Part shown: piece by piece, positions 56,534 to 64,000 of the stretch
Layout of the letters: each line of letters opens with the position of its first letter
Numbering within the stretch: position 1 is the first letter of the stretch
Assembly (NCBI GenBank): GCA_963677895.2
Contig: CAXXGJ010000025.1
Coordinates: 32,001-96,000, forward strand
Origin: Treponemataceae bacterium
GTDB taxonomy: Bacteria; Spirochaetota; Spirochaetia; Treponematales; Rectinemataceae
Length of the DNA: 64,000 nt
Direction: 5' to 3'
The notes under the pieces: generated by a model
What the model saw: only the letters and a program-made list of their open reading frames with translations
What the model was told of the DNA's origin: nothing
The model's database searches: none
Made by a program: the position numbers and the translations under genes

Positions 56534-57531
56534 AACCAATAGCAGGGTATCGCGACATCGGCGGCGCTGGCGTAATATCCGGACACATAGGTCGAACCAT
56601 CGTAGACGACGATTCCCGAAGCTCCCGACATATGCCCATCGACGCCAGGAAGGAATTCATGGGTGGAACCGATCCATACCGAGGCGGTGGGGATGGTTCC
56701 ATTCTTGAGATAGCCGGCCGCGTAGATGTTGCCGTCGGCTTTGTGAACGGAACTTGCCGAGCTGTCGGTCCCCGCGGACAGGTCGGTCCGAACCCCGTCG
56801 GTCCATACGCAGGCGGTCTTAACGGTTCCGTTTGTATGATACCCCGCCACATAGACATGCCCATCGGTCGTGCGGACAGAATAGGCTTTGGATTTTGTGG
56901 CGGTGACGGGGACGCTGAGGGCGGCTATCGAACCGTTGGTCCAAAGGCAGGCTTTCTCGTCGGTGGCGGCATAGAATCCGGCGACGCGGAGGGTGACGCC
57001 ATCGAAATCGATGGCAGCCGCCTTAGCGAACTCCGTTCCGGGAACGGCAAGCGTCGTGACCGCGCCGTTTTTCCAGTAGGCGGCCTTGAAACGGAGCGCC
57101 GTGTTGTCGTAATAATAGCCCGCGTGGTAGGTGTCGGAGCCGTAGATGAAAACCGCGGTGGCCCGTACGTCATCCGAGGCTACGGGAGCCGCGAGATCCG
57201 TCTTTACGCCATCCTTCCATCCGCAGGCGTAATAGATATTGGACCCGTCTTTATAGCTGCCCGCCACGTATACTGAATCCCCCGCAAAGTATATCGAGGC
57301 AGCTTCCGCGGCCAGGCCACCCGAGGGCAGATCATGCCGGGTCGCGCCTTCCCAATAGCAGGCCACGCTATCGGAAGTCCCGGTCCCGTAGTATCCGGAA
57401 ACGTAGACTTTCGTACCGCTCCCGAAAAGCCAATCGCAGCTTGTCATGGACAAGGCTCCCAGGATGACGATCACAAATCCTATACTGACGCTGACCGCGC
57501 GAAGACCCCGGAATGAAGAATGACGCTTCAT
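56452..57531 (-). CDS. Lipoprotein with repeated (V/T)Y(V/A)(A/S)GY...A(C/A)(Y/V)WxxG modules (beta-propeller-like)
   Basis: Lipobox MTS-C; about 7 repeats such as VYVSGY..ACYWEG, VYVAGS..ACGWKDG, TYHAGY..AAYWKNG, VYVAGY..ACVWTDG; AGGAG RBS. Confidence 0.75.
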   Translation of the reverse strand: MKRHSSFRGLRAVSVSIGFVIVILGALSMTSCDWLFGSGTKVYVSGYYGTGTSDSVACYWEGATRHDLPSGGLAAEAASIYFAGDSVYVAGSYKDGSNIYYACGWKDGVKTDLAAPVASDDVRATAVFIYGSDTYHAGYYYDNTALRFKAAYWKNGAVTTLAVPGTEFAKAAAIDFDGVTLRVAGFYAATDEKACLWTNGSIAALSVPVTATKSKAYSVRTTDGHVYVAGYHTNGTVKTACVWTDGVRTDLSAGTDSSASSVHKADGNIYAAGYLKNGTIPTASVWIGSTHEFLPGVDGHMSGASGIVVYDGSTYVSGYYASAADVAIPCYWFQGSVRDLPTVGGKAGFTTSIAVHNAG

Positions 57532-57655
57532 CGGACGCTCCTTTCCGGACGACAAAGACCACCGGAATGCGAAAGGAATGGCATAGCCTCTATAGACATA
57601 CCTTCCAGGAGACGAGCCGGTTGCGGATTATTCGTATTACGCTGTTTTTTGGCGT

Positions 57656-58450
57656 TTATCGCAGGTTCTGGACAATGAAAGGATAAATCAGTTTGGCCAT
57701 CTCGAAATGTCCCTTGGTGTTGGGATGAATTCCGTCGCCGTCAGGGTAGCCATGATAGGCGACGAAATATTCCTTGTTGATCGCCTGCGTCCAGGGGTTG
57801 AACTTTTCCATGGGATATAAATCGAGGAGAGGCAGGGAGAAGCGGTCGGCAACCTTCGTAACCGCGTCTATGAATCCGACGTATTCTCCATCCTCGCCAT
57901 GACAGTACGAGCGCGGGGTGGACGTTATCACCCCTATGGGAACTCCGGGATATTTCTCCAGGAGTTTATTGTAAAAAGTATGCAAGGCTCCGTAAAACGT
58001 CGAGACTCCGGTATCGTCCGAATCGCCCAACGTGTTAGAGGCATCGTTGAGCGCTCCCATCACCGTAATGAAACTTACGCTCTCCGCGGCCGGATATGAA
58101 TTCAAGCTGTCGAGCCAGCTCTTGTCGGCGGCGGTGGGCTGCATATATCCCGTCCCGCCCGCCGCCCTGTTGTCTACCACGCAGCCAAGCCATCCGCTGA
58201 CATACTGCTCGTAGTTCGTCTCTATCAGGCCTTCCACCGATATGCTGTCGCCGATGACGAGCCAGGTCTTCCCCGCCAGTTCCTCGGCGCCAGGCAGCTG
58301 CCCCCCGAAAGTGTCATCGAATGCCGTGTTGTCGATGAAGACGCCTTCGGGGATACCATCATCTCTAGCCCAAAGAGAACAGGAGAAAACGGATGCCGTG
58401 AAGATAAAGACAGCGAACAAGAACAACTTACTTCGAATCTTTATTCCCAT
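57656..58450 (-). CDS. SGNH/GDSL hydrolase, probable lipoprotein
   Basis: Lipobox VFS-C; IGDSIS, GGTG, GALND, DGIHP. Confidence 0.85.
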   Translation of the reverse strand: MGIKIRSKLFLFAVFIFTASVFSCSLWARDDGIPEGVFIDNTAFDDTFGGQLPGAEELAGKTWLVIGDSISVEGLIETNYEQYVSGWLGCVVDNRAAGGTGYMQPTAADKSWLDSLNSYPAAESVSFITVMGALNDASNTLGDSDDTGVSTFYGALHTFYNKLLEKYPGVPIGVITSTPRSYCHGEDGEYVGFIDAVTKVADRFSLPLLDLYPMEKFNPWTQAINKEYFVAYHGYPDGDGIHPNTKGHFEMAKLIYPFIVQNLR

Positions 58451-60377
58451 CCCCGCCCTTGAAATACTTTTCCACCAATTGCTTGAACCTGTCCTCCACG
58501 AACTTGCGCTTTACTTTCAGCGTCTGGGTGAGTTCCTTTCCGACGGAGAAATCGTTCAGCACGGGGAATATCTTCGTTATTCGCTCGAAGGGCTTGAAGC
58601 CGCCTTCCTTCGTTATGCGGGAATTCACTTCCTGCAGGAGGAAATTATAGATTTTGTCGTTCTCGATCGAGGCCGAACCCTCGGTAAAAATTTCATTGCG
58701 GGAAAGCTTCAGCTCGGCGGCGAGCTTCATCAGTTCGTCTTCGTTGACCGCCACGATGGCTGACAACTGCTTCTGGTCCTGCCCGACCACGACGGCGTGG
58801 TCGATATAGGCGCTCTCCTTCAGCTTATCCTCGATCGGCTCCGGTTCGATGTTCTCGCCGCCCATGAGGACGATGGTATCCTTCGCTCGGCCGACGATGA
58901 TGTATTCCCCGTTTTCCGAACGCACCGTGAGGTCGCCGGTGTTAAGCCAACCGTCAGGGGAGAGGACGGCCATCGTGGCCGTCGGGTTCTTGTAATATCC
59001 GGACATGACCTGGGGTCCGCGCACATACAAAATTCCCTTCTCGCCGGTGCCGGCCAACTTCCCCTCTTCCGTGCGGATTTCCACTTCCGTGTTGTCGAAA
59101 GGCAGGCCAGTCGAACCGAAAGTATTCCTTCCCGTCTGTCTCGACAGAATTCCGGGCGCGCATTCGGTCATGCCGTACGCGTTTATGAGAGTGATGCCTA
59201 TCGCGTTGAAAAGCTCATCGAGATACTTAGGAAGCGAGCCAGCCCCGCAGGTGGCGAGACGCATTCGCCCGCCCACTTTTTCCCTGAAAGGCTTGAACAG
59301 GACTCCCGCCAGCTTGTGGATCGGCCAGTAGATGACGAAGCGCAGCGAATGCCATACAGCCGCCAGTATTTTCTCGAGCGCCGAGCGGTCATGCAGGGCT
59401 ATATAGCATCCCTTCAAATAGAGCGAAGAAGTCAGCCATATCTGATTGCCTTTGATGAAAGCCAGGACGAGGTTGCGTTTGCCCTTGTGCATTTCGCTGA
59501 AAGCCTTGATGAGCTTCTGATAGACTGATTCCCATACGCGGGGAACGGAGATGAGAACCTGTGGTTTTTCGCTGAGAAGATCGGCGCCGAAGCGTCCCGC
59601 CGAGGAGTAGACGAAGGTCAGACCGCTCGCGATTCCGCAATACTCGAAAGCCCTTTCGTAGACATGCCAGGAAGGCAGCATGAGGACGGTCGTCTCCGCC
59701 TTTTCGATATCGATTTCGAGTCGCGGCGTATTGGCCACGAGGTTCTGGATAAAATTTCTGTGAGAAAGCATGACGCCTTTCGGATTGCCTGTCGTGCCCG
59801 AAGTATAGACGATCGTGAGAAGATCGTCCAACTTGATGTTCTTGTCCAGTTTTTCCAGAAGATCCGGTTCGCTCGCGTAAGCCGCTTCGCCATCGGCAAG
59901 CAGTTCGCCGTAAAAACGGACCTTCTCGGCGAGTCGGGCCGGAACCGAAGCCTTGTCGCCGTCTTCCACGATGAAGACAGCCGCGCATCGTTCCCAGTCC
60001 GTTTCGGTGAAGGCCTCATCGAGGGCGACGAGCTGCTGCACGGTTTCCACGATTAGGTGACGGGAATCGGAATGATGGAATATGAATTCCACTTCCTTCG
60101 GGAGGGAGTCCGAGCCGCGCGGGACGCTTATGGCCCCAAGAGCCATGAGAGCGAAATCCGTGCATATCCATTCGAAGCGGTTGTTCACGAAAAAACCGAC
60201 ATGATCGCTTCTGGTGACTCCGGCGTTTTTCAGGCCGGCGGCCAGTATCCTGATCGTGTGCGCGAATTCGCCGTAGGTATGGGTTCCCGTCTTTTCCTTA
60301 GTTTTCCATTTGTGGGAAATACGTTCGGGATAGCGCCGGGCTGTTTCGAAGGGAACCGCAAGGAGGGGACTGTTCAT
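58428..60377 (-). CDS. Long-chain fatty-acid--CoA ligase (FadD15-like AMP-dependent synthetase)
   Basis: YTSGTTGNPKG, AYGMTE, GWLNTGDL, GRAKDTIVL, TQTLKVKR. Confidence 0.92.
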   Translation of the reverse strand: MNSPLLAVPFETARRYPERISHKWKTKEKTGTHTYGEFAHTIRILAAGLKNAGVTRSDHVGFFVNNRFEWICTDFALMALGAISVPRGSDSLPKEVEFIFHHSDSRHLIVETVQQLVALDEAFTETDWERCAAVFIVEDGDKASVPARLAEKVRFYGELLADGEAAYASEPDLLEKLDKNIKLDDLLTIVYTSGTTGNPKGVMLSHRNFIQNLVANTPRLEIDIEKAETTVLMLPSWHVYERAFEYCGIASGLTFVYSSAGRFGADLLSEKPQVLISVPRVWESVYQKLIKAFSEMHKGKRNLVLAFIKGNQIWLTSSLYLKGCYIALHDRSALEKILAAVWHSLRFVIYWPIHKLAGVLFKPFREKVGGRMRLATCGAGSLPKYLDELFNAIGITLINAYGMTECAPGILSRQTGRNTFGSTGLPFDNTEVEIRTEEGKLAGTGEKGILYVRGPQVMSGYYKNPTATMAVLSPDGWLNTGDLTVRSENGEYIIVGRAKDTIVLMGGENIEPEPIEDKLKESAYIDHAVVVGQDQKQLSAIVAVNEDELMKLAAELKLSRNEIFTEGSASIENDKIYNFLLQEVNSRITKEGGFKPFERITKIFPVLNDFSVGKELTQTLKVKRKFVEDRFKQLVEKYFKGGDGNKDSK

Positions 60378-60640
60378 AACAACTCCTCAAGGGATCTTTA
60401 TTTTACCGGCGTTCGAGCCTTGCCGTGACATGATCCTCTCAATCAGTATAATATTCATTTTGACGAGAATCAAAGATTTGTCAATGGATGGCAGAGATAG
60501 CGGAATGGAACGATACAGAACGAAGCTGATCTGGACCTATACCGCGGCGGATTGGATGTTTATACTCTCGACACAGGAGAACAGCATTTGGAACACGCAG
60601 CGATACTATCCCGGCTAAAGCCTTCCGGAGGCGGCGCGCT

Positions 60641-61960
60641 ATGATAGCCGACATTCCGGCAATCCTCCAGTTGCTCATTATTTTTTCTATGGTAGTCATC
60701 GCGACAGGTCTCAAGGTTCATCTGGGGCTGGCCGCGGCATTGGGCGGCATCGCCCTGGCCTTATGGCATGGCCTGCGATTTACGGCTATTTCCGGCATCG
60801 TGATCGGCGAGACGCTGAATCCGGATACGCTCCTCCTTCTCGCCCTTATGGTCTGCATCATGTCCTTTTCGGCAGCCATGAAAAAATCGGGCGCGATGGA
60901 AACCCTGGCCAAAGCGATCGGAGCGGTGGCTTCTTCGCCGCGCATCGCGATGGCGATCACGCCCCTGCTCATAGGTACTTTGCCGATGCCGGGCGGGGCC
61001 ATTCTCTCCGCGCCGCTCGTGGAAGCGATAGATATCGACCACAAGGAGAAGGCGGGCACTCTCTCGGCGACCAACTATTGGTTCCGGCATTCGCTGGAAC
61101 TTATCTGGCCTCTCTATCCCTCGTTCATCCTGACGACATCCCTGAGCGGCATACCGGTCCTGCGCCTCATGCTGCTCAATTCTTATAGCCTGCCGATAAT
61201 TTTTGCGCTGGGCTGCGTCTTCATCCTCCCCCCTTCGCCCAAACGCTCCCCCGACGCGCCTTTCTCCGCCATCGATCGCGTATCGCCGCTTTCGCGGGCT
61301 GCGAGATTCATAAAAGGCATCGCTCCCCTTGCCATCGTCATTTTCAGCTATATTCTCTTCGATGTGTTATGGCGCGTCATTTCGCCGGGCTTAAGCCTGG
61401 AGGATTCCCACAAGGCGCTCGTCGGAAGGTATTTGCCGATTCTTCTCGGCCTCGCGCTCGGCAGCCTCAGCATCGGTTACCGCGCCAAGGGATTCGGTTC
61501 CTTCAGCGGCAGCGTGAGCATGGCGACCATGAGGCTCATCGCCATGATCCTCGGCATAAGGATATTCTCGGCGCTGATCGGCGAGATCGGGCTGGCCGGG
61601 GCGGCGGCGGCTGAGCTGACGGAGGCCGGAATCCCCCCCATTGTCGCCGTGGCGGTGATACCCTTCATCGCCGGCCTGGTCACGGGAATAGGCTTTGGCT
61701 ATGTCGGGCTCGCCATTCCCATCATCCTCGGCCTGGTGCCGGAGGGATCGGCCTTCCCGAAGGAAGCGGCCGTCGTGCTCGCTGGAGCTTTTGGATTCGC
61801 GGGCATGATGATGTCGCCCCTTCATGTCTGCATGGTTGTCAGCGCTGAGCATTTCAAGGCAGGATTGCCAGCGACCATTCGCCGATTCGCCCTTCCTCTC
61901 GGCATATTCCTGGTGATAGCGGTGCTGTACGCATTAATGTTGGCCGGCATTCTCGGCTGA
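60641..61960 (+). CDS. DUF401-family membrane protein (IT-superfamily transporter-like)
   Basis: GTLPMPGGAILSAP, NYWFRH, WPLYP, MSPLHVC. Confidence 0.8.
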   Translation: MIADIPAILQLLIIFSMVVIATGLKVHLGLAAALGGIALALWHGLRFTAISGIVIGETLNPDTLLLLALMVCIMSFSAAMKKSGAMETLAKAIGAVASSPRIAMAITPLLIGTLPMPGGAILSAPLVEAIDIDHKEKAGTLSATNYWFRHSLELIWPLYPSFILTTSLSGIPVLRLMLLNSYSLPIIFALGCVFILPPSPKRSPDAPFSAIDRVSPLSRAARFIKGIAPLAIVIFSYILFDVLWRVISPGLSLEDSHKALVGRYLPILLGLALGSLSIGYRAKGFGSFSGSVSMATMRLIAMILGIRIFSALIGEIGLAGAAAAELTEAGIPPIVAVAVIPFIAGLVTGIGFGYVGLAIPIILGLVPEGSAFPKEAAVVLAGAFGFAGMMMSPLHVCMVVSAEHFKAGLPATIRRFALPLGIFLVIAVLYALMLAGILG

Positions 61961-61976
61961 AGGAATCGGAACATTC

Positions 61977-62984
61977 ATGAAAGCATGTATCGTTGGAGCG
62001 GGCGCCATCGGAGGCAGCATTGGATTCGGCTTGGCCGGGGCGGGCTGTGAAGTCTCTTGCGTCGCGCGAGGCAGGACGCTTGCCGCCCTGCGCGAAAAAG
62101 GGCTTCGGTTCACCGACGGCGGCCCCGTCGAGGCGGCATCCATCCATGCGGTAGAGTCCGCCGGAGAACTGGGCGTCCAGGATCTCGTCCTGCTCGCCGT
62201 AAAGGCTCCCGCGCTGACCGAGGTGGCGCCGCTCATCGCCCCTCTCCTGGGAGCCGACACCATAGTGCTGCCGGCCATGAACGGCGTGCCATGGTGGTTC
62301 TTCCAAGGCTTCGGAGGCAGGCTCGCGGGAACCTCGCTCGAACCGATCGATCCGCGGGAAATCATAGCCTCCAATATCCCCCCGGCCGCCATTATAGGCT
62401 GCGTCGTCCATTTCGGCGCTTCCTGTCCCGAGCCCGGGCTCGTCAAAGCCCTGCCCAAACGAACGCTCATCATCGGCGAACCCTCGGGCAAAATTACGGA
62501 ACGCCTGAAGGTCTTAGGCGAAATATTGCAGAAATCCGGCTACACCGTCCAGCTCACGGATTCCATACAGAGGGAAGTCTGGTACAAGCTCTGGGGGAAC
62601 ATGACGATGAATCCCCTCTCCGCCCTTACCGGCGCCACGATGGACAAGATCCTGGACGATCCTTTCGTCAATCAACTCTGCAGGGAAGTCATGGCCGAGG
62701 CTAAGAGCGTAGGCGCGAAAATAGGCTGTCCCATCGAACAGAGCGTCGACGACAGGATCGCGATCAGCCGGACCCTGGGAGCCTTCAAAACCTCGATGCT
62801 GCAGGATCTGGAGGCGGGACGCCCTCTTGAGCTGGACGCCATCCTCACTTCGGTGGTCGAAATCGGGAAACTCGTGGGCGAAAAAACGCCCTATATCAAT
62901 ACCGTTCTCGGACTGACGAGGCTCAAGGCACGAACGCTGGGACTCTATCCTCAGGCAAGTCCTCGGGAACGGGAAATAAGATAG
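61977..62984 (+). CDS. panE: 2-dehydropantoate 2-reductase (ketopantoate reductase family)
   Basis: GAGAIG, AVKA, NGVPWW, WYKLWGN, SMLQDLEAGRPLELD. Confidence 0.85.
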   Translation: MKACIVGAGAIGGSIGFGLAGAGCEVSCVARGRTLAALREKGLRFTDGGPVEAASIHAVESAGELGVQDLVLLAVKAPALTEVAPLIAPLLGADTIVLPAMNGVPWWFFQGFGGRLAGTSLEPIDPREIIASNIPPAAIIGCVVHFGASCPEPGLVKALPKRTLIIGEPSGKITERLKVLGEILQKSGYTVQLTDSIQREVWYKLWGNMTMNPLSALTGATMDKILDDPFVNQLCREVMAEAKSVGAKIGCPIEQSVDDRIAISRTLGAFKTSMLQDLEAGRPLELDAILTSVVEIGKLVGEKTPYINTVLGLTRLKARTLGLYPQASPREREIR

Positions 62985-63020
62985 ACGCCGCGCCGAGAGG
63001 CGGGCAAGCAGGAAGGCAGT

Positions 63021-64000
63021 ATGGCGATAGCGCGGAAAATGAAGAATTTCGTGGATAACGGGGCGATGATCAAAAAAATGTTCGAGGAAGGCGCCAGGCT
63101 CAAAGCCATCCATGGAGCCAACAAAGTCTTCGATTTCAGCATCGGCAACCCGAACGCGCCGCCGCCCGAGATATTCAAGGCGACGCTCCGCTCGGTCGCC
63201 GAGGCTGATGCCTTCGGGCTGCACGCCTATATGCCCAACGCGGGACTGCCCGCCGCGAGAAAAGCGATCGCGAAGCGAATCGCGGCGGAACAGGGCGTTC
63301 CCGTCGAGGCGTCGCACATCATCGTCACCTGCGGCGCGGCGGGCGGCCTCAACATCGTCGCGAAAGCCCTCCTGGAACCGGGCGACGAAGTCCTCGTAAG
63401 CTCTCCGTATTTTGTCGAGTACGGATTCATCGCCGACAACCACGGCGGAGTACTCAAGACCGTGCCTACCCTGCCGGACTTCGGCCTGGATGTGGACGCG
63501 CTCGAGGCAGCCATGGGGCCGCGTACCAAGATCGTCCTCGTGAACACGCCGAACAACCCCACCGGCAGAATCTATTCCACCGAATCGCTGGCCCGGCTGG
63601 GAAAGGCCATGGAACGCTGCGGCGCGGCTCTCGGCCACGCGATCTATCTCGTTTCGGACGAACCCTACCGCGCGCTGACCTTCGACGAAGCGACGGTTCC
63701 AAGCCCCCTGGCGAGCTATCCCCACTCCATCCTCGTCACCTCGTACTCCAAGGAACTCTCGCTCCCGGGCGAGCGCATCGGCTACGTGGCGGTCAACCCG
63801 CGCGCCGACGACCTCGCGAACCTCATGGAAGCGCTGAGCCTCGCGAACCGCATCCTGGGCTTCGTCAACGCGCCCAGCCTCATGCAGCATGTCATAGCGG
63901 CCCTTCCGGGACCGGCCCTCGTCGACATTTCCCGATACCAGAAGGCGCGCGACCTCCTCGCCGCGGGGCTGAAAGCCGCCGGCTACGAGTTCAATCTTCC
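63021..64000 (+). CDS. PLP-dependent class I aminotransferase (aspartate aminotransferase-like), truncated at the window end
   Basis: Manual translation: MAIARKMK...IKKMFEEG...FDFSIGNP...NTPNNPTG...SDEPY...SYSKELSLPGERIG; absent from the ORF track because there is no stop in the window. Confidence 0.9.
   Translation, partial: MAIARKMKNFVDNGAMIKKMFEEGARLKAIHGANKVFDFSIGNPNAPPPEIFKATLRSVAEADAFGLHAYMPNAGLPAARKAIAKRIAAEQGVPVEASHIIVTCGAAGGLNIVAKALLEPGDEVLVSSPYFVEYGFIADNHGGVLKTVPTLPDFGLDVDALEAAMGPRTKIVLVNTPNNPTGRIYSTESLARLGKAMERCGAALGHAIYLVSDEPYRALTFDEATVPSPLASYPHSILVTSYSKELSLPGERIGYVAVNPRADDLANLMEALSLANRILGFVNAPSLMQHVIAALPGPALVDISRYQKARDLLAAGLKAAGYEFNL

Noticed and set aside
60430..60618. Small ORF in the divergent gap between the acyl-CoA ligase and DUF401 genes
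   Set aside because: No convincing RBS or motif. The region looks like a promoter/leader, including a TTGAC...GTCAA inverted repeat near 60460-60484 that I could not assign.
62514..63890. 458-aa minus-strand ORF
   Set aside because: It is antisense to panE and to the clear aminotransferase that runs off the window end.

Overview
High-GC bacterial chromosomal segment, most consistent with a free-living anaerobic spirochaete (inferred from gene content and protein style, not verified). I saw no rRNA, tRNA, CRISPR array, transposase, integrase or phage genes. Contents in order: (1) the end of a glycerol-3-phosphate-type ABC operon; (2) a hexuronate locus with uxaC, an SDR, a TRAP transporter, a YesMN-like two-component system, uxaE and a divergent LarA-family epimerase; (3) a LolCDE/LolA-like export module with a predicted outer-membrane protein and an OmpR-type two-component system; (4) ubiD/ubiA/ubiX-family genes joined to a NitT/TauT-type ABC importer; (5) an Fe3+/polyamine-class ABC importer whose permease has an extra N-terminal sensor-like domain; (6) hsp20 behind a sigma54-type promoter, two Fe-S proteins, an aminopeptidase and DUF493; (7) a three-gene operon of multidomain fusions, namely di-iron MBL/ODP-like sensor + degenerate GGDEF + pseudo-receiver, HEAT-repeat + processive GT2, and membrane-anchored domain + GH-A-like hydrolase; (8) a cstA / small protein / ArsA-like ATPase / hypothetical / DUF59 cluster; (9) two small unannotated genes; (10) oppBCDFA with an RpiR regulator and two alpha/beta hydrolases; (11) two lipoproteins, an acyl-CoA synthetase, DUF401, panE and a truncated aminotransferase. 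The best candidate for an undescribed system is the operon at 34.5-42.8 kb, a possible O2/Fe-sensing exopolysaccharide machine. The cstA-ArsA-DUF59 module and the putative quinone-precursor salvage cluster come next. Three +1 frameshifts within about 2 kb (19.2-21.2 kb) are probably sequencing errors.
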